Source: an uncultured bacterium
GTDB lineage: Bacteria > CAYJRR01
Direction: 5' to 3'
NCBI GenBank assembly: GCA_964372275.1
Contig: CAYJRR010000013.1
Location: forward strand, 1-50,760
DNA: 50,760 bases
In this document: piece by piece, positions 10,701-17,371 of the stretch
How the letters are laid out: each line of letters starts with the position of its first letter
Position numbering within the stretch: the first letter of the stretch is position 1
Notes under the pieces: model-generated
What the model saw: the letters and a program-made list of their open reading frames with translations, nothing else
What the model was told of the DNA's origin: nothing
The model's database searches: none
Program-made: the position numbers and the translations under genes

Positions 10701-12213
10701 ATCCGCTCAGGACCCCCTTCGACGGCGGATCGACGATGGAGAAGGTGAGGGGGTCGCCGTCGATGTCGGCGCCACCGAGCGTGAGGGGGAGGGGCGTGTC
10801 TTCGTCGGTCGAGACCGACTGCGCGGCCGCGGTTGGCGGATCGTTCGTCCCCACGACCGTGATCGAGACCGTCGCCGCGGCCGATTCGAGCGATCCATCG
10901 CTCGCGCGGAACGAAAAGGCATCGCCGCCGACGTAGTCGGCCGCCGAGGTGTAGGTCAGGTTCGGCGGCGTGCCGGCGAGCGCGCCGTGGGCCGGTGGAG
11001 CGACGATCTGGAAGGTGAGGGGATCGCCGTCGACATCGCTCCCCGCGAGCGTGATCGCCGTCGACGCCTCTTCGGCGGCGGTGACCGATTGCGGCGTCGC
11101 CAGCGGCGCGTCGTTCACGGGCAGCAGGACGATCGAGAAGGTCGTCGGGACCGACCGGTCGGCGCCCCCGTTGCCGACGCCGCCGTCGTCCGTCGCCGCC
11201 ACGGTGACGACCGCCGTTCCCGTGGCGTCGACGGCGGGAGTGAAGGTCAACGTCCCGTCGCCGGCGATCGCCGGAAGGACGGAGAACCGCGCCGGCGCGC
11301 CGGTCGCGACCTCGAAGAGGACCGACTGCCCCGACTCGTCGGACGGACCGGGGGAGATCTGCGTCGCCCACCCGGCGAGGGTGGCCGGCCCCGACTCCTC
11401 GGCGACCGTCGGACCGGCCCCCGCCACGAAGCTCGGGGCGTCGTTGACCGGCACGATCGTCAGCGTGAACGACTGCGCGGCGCTCGTGTCGATCCCTCCG
11501 TCCGCGGTTCCGCCGGTGTCGACCGCCCGCACCGAGACGCTCGCCGTTCCGACCGCGTCGGCGGCCGGGGTGAAGGTCAGGCTTCCGCCGGGCCCGACCG
11601 CCGGCTGGGCGTCGAAGAGGCCGGGGGCGTCGTTGACGACGACGAAGGCCACCGATTGGCCCGATTCGTCCGCCGGTCCCGACGAGATCGACGTGGCCCA
11701 TCCGGCGACGAGCTGGGTGTCGGCGCCTTCGAGCACCGTCCGGCTCCCGCCGGCGACGAAGCTCGGGGCGTCGTTCACCGCCGTGACGGTGACCGTCACC
11801 GTCGCCGTCGAGCGGAGGTCGTCGCGGTCGTCGGACATCGTGTACTGGAAGGTCGCGACGCCGACGAAGTCGGCACGCGGCAGGAAGCGGATCGAGCCGG
11901 TCGAACCGTAGACGCATCCGGAAAGCGTCCCGTTCGACGGCACGGTGCAGGAGACGAGCCGCGCCGGCTGCGCGCCGTTGGGGACGACGGTGTCGTTGGC
12001 GAGCACGCCGATCTCGACCGACCGCTCTTCCGGCGTCGCCGTCGAGTCGTTGGCGGCCGACACCGACGACGCCCCCTGCCGCGCCAGAAAGACGCCGGTC
12101 CCGGGATCGCCGTCCCCCGTCGTGAACGCCGTCCGGCCCCCGACCTCGCCGCAACCCGCCAGGAGCGCGAGCGCGACGGCGGTCGGACCGCGAATGTCGA
12201 ATGTGAACCGCAT
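4732..12213 (-). CDS. Giant tandem-95 / Ig-like repeat surface protein (adhesin-like), 2493 aa, with MYXO-CTERM-like tail
   Basis: About 24 repeats delimited by (V/T)ND(A/P)P and containing YTPNxNFxGxDSFTF; N-terminal lipobox LAGC; C-terminal AC...LPLALLLAAAAVIGRR. Confidence 0.93.
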   Translation of the reverse strand: MRFTFDIRGPTAVALALLAGCGEVGGRTAFTTGDGDPGTGVFLARQGASSVSAANDSTATPEERSVEIGVLANDTVVPNGAQPARLVSCTVPSNGTLSGCVYGSTGSIRFLPRADFVGVATFQYTMSDDRDDLRSTATVTVTVTAVNDAPSFVAGGSRTVLEGADTQLVAGWATSISSGPADESGQSVAFVVVNDAPGLFDAQPAVGPGGSLTFTPAADAVGTASVSVRAVDTGGTADGGIDTSAAQSFTLTIVPVNDAPSFVAGAGPTVAEESGPATLAGWATQISPGPSDESGQSVLFEVATGAPARFSVLPAIAGDGTLTFTPAVDATGTAVVTVAATDDGGVGNGGADRSVPTTFSIVLLPVNDAPLATPQSVTAAEEASTAITLAGSDVDGDPLTFQIVAPPAHGALAGTPPNLTYTSAADYVGGDAFSFRASDGSLESAAATVSITVVGTNDPPTAAAQSVSTDEDTPLPLTLGGADIDGDPLTFSIVDPPSKGVLSGSGGSLVYTPNPDVDGADSFTFAAHDGLLASTPATVSIGITAVNDAPVAIAASYTLGEDGSKSFALAGTDADGTMLTYTVLTQPTNGTLSGAEPNLVYTPNAHFNGTDSFSFLANDGLLSSEPAIVSLVVNAVNDPPVAGSLSVSTDEDTAVAVTLVGSDPVEGSPVTFQIVATPGKGSLSGTAPELTYTPIADFAGTDTFTYKAKDASQTSAVATVTITVNGVDDAPRASTKAVPVVEDTPKAFTLAALDPEGAPLAFTVLAVPSNGTLSGDAPNLTYTPNPNFNGTDVMTFTAGDGALVSSAGTVTFAVAPRNDPPTAEAQSVVTAEDTAIPITLAGSDPVEGSPLTFHVASFPTKGILSGAAPNLTYSPRANVHGVDKFTFRVRDGLPQNGGLYSAVTTVEITITPVNDGVPTALARSILTSEDMPKAVVLVATDPDADPLLYSVATPPAHGTLVGTPPLLTYRPNSNFHGPDSFTFVAHDGTGDSEPATVSIQVSPVNDAPVAHAQTVTTPEETAVEITLQAADVEGAVLTYAIVTYPTKGTLTGVGSTRTYVPRLNFFGTDTFRFRVRDGAVNSPVATVTIQVTPVNDPPVATPRSFSTAEDTPKVVTLLATDPDGDPVTYEVVTAPAKGTLAGSGASWTYTPNANVSGPDGFTFVARDAELVSEPKAVTIAVQPVNDPPVANEQSVTTSEDVPVAITLAGSDPVEGSPVTFAIASFPAHGTLTGSGTVKTYKPEANFHGQDSFTFKAKDGQVFSAAATVTIAVLPVADSTLVANPQSVTTMEDTPKAIVLVASDVEGEVAYTVVGPPAKGVLSGTAPDLLYTPNPNVTGPDSFTFKATSGALESNVATVSINVLAVNDPPVAHPQTISADEDTPKPVLLSASDPEGATPVYVLVTPPSHGTLSGTGSSRTYKGLPNYHGPDSFRFKVRDNGGAYSEVATVTVEVGPVNDAPVVAPRSLATVEDAPKPITLTGTDADGDALQFSIVTPPTKGTLSGESPAFLYVPNANAWGADSFTYKASDGTADSPAKSVTISISRVVDPPTAVSQEATTDEDTPVAITLSGSAAEGGTLYYYITRAPSHGSIVGAGAIRTYKPSLNYAGEDSFEYRAKEGSTFSAPAVVTLTVNPVNDAPVTANLSLSAVEDVPKGFTLPGSDADGDSLTFEIVVEPTKGTIGGEGAARTYTPNPNQTGADSFRYVVSDGNAASAERTVAITIAAVNDAPRAEGSSAETPEDIVASIPLTASDVEGSALQYFVVTSPAHGTLSGSGATRSYAPKPNFHGVDSFTFRARDPFLFSEIVTVSITVTPVNDPPVATAQAVGVPEDTPTAVVVAGTDVDGDPLSYSLVTPPSKGSLSGNAPNFVYTPNANVVGPDSFTFAAADGTVESGAATVTLTIAEVNDRPVAESQSVSTPEDTALTIVLEGHDPVEQSAVAYTVLTLPVHGTLTGIVPNVKYVPDGNYAGPDAFTFRVRDGSLNSEAATVSITVNAVDDPPTADAKSVAVDEDGSAAVTLTGSDVEGEPLAFRIVTGPSHGTVSGTAPDLVYTPEPNFFGSDLFTYVASASSAGGMAVDSGAATVSLSVASVNDPPAATGSAVTTDEDVPVQVALTGSDPVEGSALTYAIVTPPARGTLTGTAPSLTYVPSTDANGADRFTFRVNDGTDSSAEAEVTVAIAPVNDRPVAVAQSVGTEPDTPATFTLSATDVDGDVLTFVLASLPAHGAIAGTAATLTFTPDAGFEGSDSLTFYATDGELDSSPKVVSFSVAAPAAPASTPQPSTEPVSIQTPPIGRRDARDAARAPSVPVARLAPRLRIDIPWVGIVSRPPAPGEPVPSWFEAVASPPIAEGAFEVATPASVEVVLRPAAIPTRRAPDGTPAPDGTAGLGARLTLGLRAGGPGGPVIDLARAARGLPSFASDMPLPKGHYHWVLRDDGPGADPIAAPIDLEPEPAAPHACQVTPLRVRRDSGLPLALLLAAAAVIGRRLLADR

Positions 12214-12445
12214 CGGTCCCGAGAAAGACCTCCGGCCTGAACCGATCTGGAGAGTTCATTGGACGCGCCAGGCGGCGAGGCGCGGCAGGCGGCCGGCAAC
12301 CGATGGAGATTGCGAGAGTTCGCGATCGCCGCGGGAGCGCGACGACGGCTGAAACGTCAATCCGCTGTCGGCACGGCGATCCGAAACGTCGACGAATTGA
12401 CGCCGGAAGCGGTTGCCGGTTGCCGAGGAGCTCGAGAAAAGGGCG

Positions 12446-12489
12446 AAAAAAAGAAGAGGCCCGGGGCGGCATCGCCGGCCCGGGCCTCT
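12446..12489 (-). terminator. Intrinsic terminator of the minus-strand non-coding transcript
   Basis: Perfect 11-bp stem AGAGGCCCGGG (12455-12465) / CCCGGGCCTCT (12479-12489). On the minus strand it is followed by TC and T7 (A7 at 12446-12452). Confidence 0.9.
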
Positions 12490-13435
12490 CGAAGCTACCG
12501 AAGTAATGACAACGTGGATGGATTCGCCGGTCCCGTTTTCCCCTTCAGAGGCGTCGGCTGCACGACAGTGGAATCGAATGCTGCAGGCAATCGACCCGCG
12601 CTTCCACGAGATTGGGACTCCCGTTCAGAGGTTCCGCGTCGAATCGATAGGGCGTTCGCGTGGAACCGCTTCCGCCCATCCCCGTGCGACCTTCGCCGTT
12701 TCCGGCCGGGCCCTTCGGGTCTTCTCTCTCCGACGTCACCGGCAGGTGCGACCCCGCCGGTACTCCTCTCCTCGGGTTGCCCTTCTCCACGAAGCGGCAT
12801 CCACCGTTCAACCGCCCCCGCCTGCGCATGGCGAGAGCACCTCTCCTGGGGTTCGTGCCCCTACAGCGCTCGACAGAAGCGGGTGCCCGCTTTCCCGGAG
12901 ATTCCATCCTCCGGCACGATCCGCCCTCAGGGTTTCTCACCCTCTCGACGGCTTCCGTCACCCACGACCCTACAGGGCTTGTTTCATCCCCGCTGCGCTC
13001 TTGGGGTTCCTCCGGACCTCCGCCACTCGCAACGGCCTTTCGACCGAAGCAGGGCGACGGCGCCCGGGTTCCCTCTTCAAGGCTTTCTCCCCCCCCGCGA
13101 CGAGCCCGTGTTGGCGGGCTCTCCTCTCTCTCACCTCGCCGACGGCAAGCACCCGGTTAAAGGAACCAATGCCGGCGATGCGACCCAGAGTCTCGATCAC
13201 AGAAGGGTCGGTGTATCCCATGGGAGCTACCCGCGGGCACCGGCCTTCTTGAGGTTCTCGGCCGACCATCGCACTCGTGGATTCGAAGCGTTTCTACTCG
13301 GCCCCTGGGTTGCCCCTTCGCCTTCCGGGAACGTCGCCGCCCCCCTCCAGCCGCTTCGGAACCTTTCGCGCCCCTACCGGAGCTCCACGAGTCCAACGTC
13401 TCTGCCTCGGACCCGACAACCAACCGCGTTGTCAA
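12446..13435 (-). ncRNA. Putative large (~1 kb) highly structured non-coding RNA of unrecognised class
   Basis: Bounded by a sigma54 promoter and an intrinsic terminator. Ends are complementary (13420-13434 with 12507-12521). More than 10 helices are visible by eye, with GNRA and UUCG loops and purine-rich loops on the minus strand. Overlapping ORFs look like shadow ORFs. Confidence 0.75.
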
Positions 13436-13445
13436 TCTCCCTATA

Positions 13446-13462
13446 AGCAGCCGACATGCCAG
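13446..13462 (-). promoter_or_regulatory. sigma54 (-24/-12) promoter of the putative ncRNA
   Basis: Minus strand CTGGCATGTCGGCTGCT = GG-N10-GC (GG 13460-13459, GC 13448-13447). The predicted TSS at ~13435 coincides with the 5' arm of the closing helix. Confidence 0.75.
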
Positions 13463-13488
13463 CCTTGCGGGTTGCCGCGCAGACCTTT

Positions 13489-13614
13489 CCATCCACATCG
13501 GAAGATCTTGCGGCGACAGGCCTCTGCGGTCCTGTCCACAATCGCTCCCCACTTCATCCCCCGTTCGATGAACAAGGGGGGCGACTAGAAGTGCGACGGC
13601 GCACCTTGTCCACA
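13489..13614. promoter_or_regulatory. Three DnaA-box-like 9-mers upstream of the ncRNA promoter
   Basis: CCATCCACA 13489-13497, CTGTCCACA 13532-13540 and TTGTCCACA 13606-13614, all in the same orientation (consensus TTWTNCACA). Confidence 0.45.
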
Positions 13615-13676
13615 GATCGCATGCCCGCTCCAGGAAAACAGGCGGTTTTCGTCGTCCCTGCCGATCCACCCACCGT

Positions 13677-15065
13677 CTACTTTGTTGGCGGTCCCGCGCC
13701 ACGCTGTCGCGAGGCGTCCAGCGCACGATCGATGCAGTCGGCGACCGAGACGCCGAGTCGGTAGTTTCCCAACAGCCGGATCGCCGGATGCTCCGCTTCG
13801 ATCGCCTCGGCCGCCGCCAGGAATCGGTCGTGCCCCACCTCGAGCTGCGGGATGGCGGGACGCCACACGGTTACGGCCTGCCGTATGGCCGGTCCTTCGA
13901 TCCGAAGGATCGAGGTCAGTTCGCGATGTGCCAGCGCCGCGAGTTCCGTTTCCGACAGAAGGACGGCGTCGGGGTCGAGCCGCCCACCGTAGAGGGCGGT
14001 GAGCGTCACCTCGTCGGGCCCCGCGCGCCCGTTCCAGGTATCGCTCACGAACAGGCAACCCAGGATCCGGGGTGACACCGATTCCGGCCGCAGGTCCGAC
14101 GGCGGCGATCCGGCCGCGCGCGCGGTCAGGAAGCCGAATCCGCGCGGGATCGTGGCGAACTGCTCCACACCGTAGACCGAGAAGACGCTCGCCACCGACG
14201 CGTAGGGGAGCTCACGGAAGAGCTCCGCCCGGCGGTCGAGATCGCCGAGCACCGCCGGGAGGGCGTATCCCGGAAGCGCGACCACCACCTGGGAGGCGTC
14301 GAAGGAAAACGGCGCGTCGTCGCAGCTCCCCTCCACCCGAACGCCGTCCCCCACGCGACGGATCCGTTCCACCCGATGCCGCCGGCGGAGCGCATCGCCA
14401 AGCCCCGCGGCCAGGTGCTCCGCCGCGCGTTGCATTCCGCCGCGGAAGTTCACCGACACCGCCGTGGGCCCGGTTCGGCGCCGAGCGAGCGCCCCCCGAA
14501 TCAGGCTTCCGTGGTCCCGTTCCAGCTCCGCCAGCAGCGGAAAGGCGTGGCGGAGGCTCAATCGTTCCGGATCGCCGGCGAACACCCCGGAGACGAAGGG
14601 GGCGACCGCGTTCGTGAGGAAGCTCTCCCCCAGCCTCCGTCGCGTGAAGGCGGCCACCGATTCGTCGGCGTCGTTCGACCCACGTCGCCACGGCTCCGCG
14701 AGCAGACCGAGCTTGTCGCGCGGCGAAAAGAGCGGGCTGGCCGCGAAGGCGATCGGGTTCGTCGGGATCGGAACCAGCCGCCCCGCGCGCAGGACGTATC
14801 GCCGCCGCGCCTCGGGGGAGGGATCGATCCGCAACGCCCCGAGGCCGGATTCGTCGAGAAACCGCCGCACCGAGTCGTGGCGCAGCAGTGTGGACGACGC
14901 CCCCGCGTCGTAGATTGCGCCGCCCACGTCGCGCGTGTGCAGGCATCCCCCCAGCCGGTCGGACGCCTCGAGGAGCACGACGCGCTCGCCGGATCGCCGG
15001 GCCTTCCAGGCGGCGGTCAGCCCGCTGATCCCGCCACCGACCACCACCCGGTCGAGCGGGGCCAT
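13677..15065 (-). CDS. hemG: Protoporphyrinogen oxidase (HemG/HemY family)
   Basis: MAPLDRVVVGGGISGLTAAW FAD-binding motif, LEASDRLGG, GVFAGDPERLS, GFGFL, LGNYRLGVSVADCI; TGATG overlap with the hemN stop. Confidence 0.93.
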   Translation of the reverse strand: MAPLDRVVVGGGISGLTAAWKARRSGERVVLLEASDRLGGCLHTRDVGGAIYDAGASSTLLRHDSVRRFLDESGLGALRIDPSPEARRRYVLRAGRLVPIPTNPIAFAASPLFSPRDKLGLLAEPWRRGSNDADESVAAFTRRRLGESFLTNAVAPFVSGVFAGDPERLSLRHAFPLLAELERDHGSLIRGALARRRTGPTAVSVNFRGGMQRAAEHLAAGLGDALRRRHRVERIRRVGDGVRVEGSCDDAPFSFDASQVVVALPGYALPAVLGDLDRRAELFRELPYASVASVFSVYGVEQFATIPRGFGFLTARAAGSPPSDLRPESVSPRILGCLFVSDTWNGRAGPDEVTLTALYGGRLDPDAVLLSETELAALAHRELTSILRIEGPAIRQAVTVWRPAIPQLEVGHDRFLAAAEAIEAEHPAIRLLGNYRLGVSVADCIDRALDASRQRGAGPPTK

Positions 15066-16456
15066 CAGACCGTTCGGGAGAAGAGACGCGGGCCCTTCTT
15101 CAGATACGCGTCGAACGGCATGCAGAGGTTCCGCGCCAGCATTCGTCCCCTGGCCGAGACCCGGATCCTCTCCGGCTCCACGACCACCAGTCCGTCCTCC
15201 TGCATCGCTCGCAGCGCCTCGAGGGCGTCGGCGAAGGTCCGGTCGAAGTCGATGCGGAACCGCTCTTCGAACCAGCGCTTCTCCAGAACGAACTGCGACG
15301 AGAGCTGCAGGATCACCTCCCGCCGCAACAGGTCGTCGTCGTCGAGCAGGCAGCCGCGCTCGGTGGCCAGCCGCCCGCTCCCCGCCGCCGCCTCGTATTC
15401 GCCCAGCCCCTTCGCGTTCTGCGCGTAGCAGCGACCGACCTGGCTGATGGCGCTCATCCCGAACGCGATCAGGTCGAGCCCCTTCCAGGTGGTATAGCCC
15501 ATGAAGTTCCGGTGCAGCGTCCCGGCGCGCTGCGCCACCGCCAGCTCGTCGTCGGCGAGCGCGAAGTGGTCGAAGCCGATGAAGACGTATCCCGCGGCGG
15601 TGAACCGTTCGATCGCCATCCCCAGGATGGCGAGTCGCTCGTCCGGACCGGGGAGGGCGGCCTCCGGGAGCAGCCGCTGGTGTTTCAGCAGATCGGGGAG
15701 GTAGGCGAAGTTGTAGACCGCGATCCGGTCGGGCCGAAGCCCGATCACCGTCTCCACCGTTCTTGCGAAACGGCCGACCGTCTGGTGCGGCAGTCCGTAG
15801 ATCAGGTCGACGTTGACCGACGCGAAGCCCAAGGCCCTCGCGTCCTCGATCGTCTGCCGCGTGAGCGACTCCGGCTGGATCCGGTTGATCGCGCGCTGCA
15901 CCTCCTCGTCGAAGTCCTGGACGCCGAGGCTCAAGCGATTCCAGCCGTGGCTCGCGAGAACCTGCAGATGTTCGCGGCGCGTCTCGTTGGGATGGACCTC
16001 CACCCCCCGCTCCGCGTCGTCGGCGAAGGTGAAACGCGCTTTCAGGGCGCGGATCAGCCGGTCGAGGGCGTCCGGCGGGAGGAAGGTCGGGGTCCCGCCG
16101 CCGAAATGGACCTGCCGAACGACCCGCCGCCGGTCGATCCGCGACGCCACCGCGTCCAGTTCCCGCTCGAGACGGTCGAGGTACGGGTAGCTCCGCGCGT
16201 GATCGCGGCGAACCACCAGGTTGCAGCCGCAGAAGTAGCAGAGCTGTTCGCAGAACGGCAGGTGGACGTAGAGCGACAGGTCGGCCGGCGGTCCGCCGAA
16301 CGGATCGGCGTCGTTGGAGCGGCGCAACGCTTCGGCGTAGGCCTCGGGTCCGGTGGCCGGCGTGAAGTTGGGGGCGGTGGGGTAGGAGGTGTAGCGGGGC
16401 CCCGGGACGTCGTACTTCCGGATGAGGCCCAAGTCGAAGGAGAGACGCTGGTCCAC
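15065..16456 (-). CDS. hemN: Oxygen-independent coproporphyrinogen III oxidase (radical SAM)
   Basis: KYDVPGPRYTSYPTA, LYVHLPFCEQLCYFCGC (CxxxCxxC), HFGGGTPT, LHRNFMGYT. GTG start at 16456 is inferred. Confidence 0.95.
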   Translation of the reverse strand: MDQRLSFDLGLIRKYDVPGPRYTSYPTAPNFTPATGPEAYAEALRRSNDADPFGGPPADLSLYVHLPFCEQLCYFCGCNLVVRRDHARSYPYLDRLERELDAVASRIDRRRVVRQVHFGGGTPTFLPPDALDRLIRALKARFTFADDAERGVEVHPNETRREHLQVLASHGWNRLSLGVQDFDEEVQRAINRIQPESLTRQTIEDARALGFASVNVDLIYGLPHQTVGRFARTVETVIGLRPDRIAVYNFAYLPDLLKHQRLLPEAALPGPDERLAILGMAIERFTAAGYVFIGFDHFALADDELAVAQRAGTLHRNFMGYTTWKGLDLIAFGMSAISQVGRCYAQNAKGLGEYEAAAGSGRLATERGCLLDDDDLLRREVILQLSSQFVLEKRWFEERFRIDFDRTFADALEALRAMQEDGLVVVEPERIRVSARGRMLARNLCMPFDAYLKKGPRLFSRTV

Positions 16457-16555
16457 GCGTGACTCGAAGGGTAGCCGTACGGGGAACCGTTTCCAAACGG
16501 CGTTCAAGCGTGGTATTTGGCCCCTTTCGCGGGCAGCTACGAGGAGGAACGCGCG

Positions 16556-17329
16556 ATGCGACGGATCGGGACGGGCCGGGCGGCGTGGGCGGTCGTGGCG
16601 GTGTCGGCGGCGCTTTTCGGCGGCGGCTGCCAGGGCGGCGACGACGAGGAGGCGGGGGGCGGCGGCGTGACGCTCGAGACCTACGGCGGGATCGTCGTGC
16701 TCGCCGCCGGGCCGGACGGGGCGACCGCCTACGGAGCCTTCTTCTCCCGCTACGAGCCGTTCGAGCCGGTCTTGATCCCCGGGGCGACCGACACCTGCGT
16801 CCAGGGAACGCTCGAGGGGGGGGACGACGGCGACGACGCCGACTTCACCTACCTCGACGTCGGGAGCGAGATGACGGCCGCCTCCGGGACGGTCGACGTC
16901 GACGCGGCCCGGTCGAACGACTTCGGGCTTCTCTACATCGGCACCTCGGACGAGACGTTCCCCTGGGACGCCGACTACGTCGTCTCGATCTCGGGATCGG
17001 CCGCCGCCGACCGCGGTCCGATCGGGACGGTCCGCGTCCCGGCGCCGGCCGAGCTCGAAGGCGCGCCGGAGGTCGTCCCCGGCGAGCCGCTCGCGCTCGC
17101 CTTCACGCGGCACGTCGGCGCCGATTGGATCGACGTCGTGGTGACGAGCGACGACGAGGAGACGATCTGGTCCTGCCGGTCGAAGGACGACGGCTCGTTC
17201 ACCCTTCCGGCCGACGTGACCGAATCGGTCGGCGCCGGCGCCTCGATCGAGCTGATCCCGAACGCGCACGCCCGGGGCGAGGTGGCCGGCCGCGACGTCT
17301 ATCTCTTCGCCCGTCCGTACGAAGGATAG
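16556..17329 (+). CDS. Hypothetical acidic lipoprotein
   Basis: GAGGAGG RBS, ATG at 16556, signal peptide ending FGGGC, GC3-biased codons. Confidence 0.8.
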   Translation: MRRIGTGRAAWAVVAVSAALFGGGCQGGDDEEAGGGGVTLETYGGIVVLAAGPDGATAYGAFFSRYEPFEPVLIPGATDTCVQGTLEGGDDGDDADFTYLDVGSEMTAASGTVDVDAARSNDFGLLYIGTSDETFPWDADYVVSISGSAAADRGPIGTVRVPAPAELEGAPEVVPGEPLALAFTRHVGADWIDVVVTSDDEETIWSCRSKDDGSFTLPADVTESVGAGASIELIPNAHARGEVAGRDVYLFARPYEG

Positions 17330-17371
17330 TGGTCCGCGCTTCGCGCTCCGTGGGGGGCTCCCCCTGTCCCC

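Noticed and set aside
4732-12213. Periodic DNA repeats as a possible CRISPR array
   Set aside because: The repeats are degenerate, in-frame, ~270-350-nt protein-domain repeats. No constant repeat/unique spacer pattern and no cas genes were seen in the window.
144-12472. Very long alternative-frame ORFs (144-2459 +, 4708-12240 +, 6818-12472 -, 3104-4621 +)
   Set aside because: Shadow ORFs of high-GC repetitive genes. Their translations are Arg/Gly-rich and motif-free, while the real frames give recognisable Ig repeats.
12507-13434. TG...CA 15-bp terminal inverted repeat read as a MITE or IS remnant
   Set aside because: No target-site duplication and no transposase remnant. The promoter and terminator lie just outside the repeats in register with them, which fits an RNA closing helix better.
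12446-13435. Identification of the RNA as RNase P, tmRNA, rRNA fragment, group II intron or a riboswitch leader for the adhesin
   Set aside because: No GAGGAAAGUCC (RNase P), no tRNA-like GGGG...CCA ends, no rRNA signature, no GUGCG start or domain V. At ~1 kb with self-closing ends it is far larger than known riboswitches, although read-through into the adhesin is not excluded.
13489-13676. Chromosomal origin (oriC) call from the DnaA-box-like motifs
   Set aside because: Only three imperfect boxes, no AT-rich unwinding element, and no dnaA/dnaN/gidA nearby. Kept only as a regulatory hypothesis.
12259-13764. ORFs across the ncRNA gap (12259-13446 +, 12413-13252 +, 12545-12961 -, 12970-13269 -, 13157-13726 -)
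   Set aside because: Pro/Arg/Ser-rich with no recognisable motifs, and by eye they lack the strong GC3 bias of neighbouring genes. Promoter, terminator and G-U pairing all point to a minus-strand RNA. A small peptide cannot be fully excluded.
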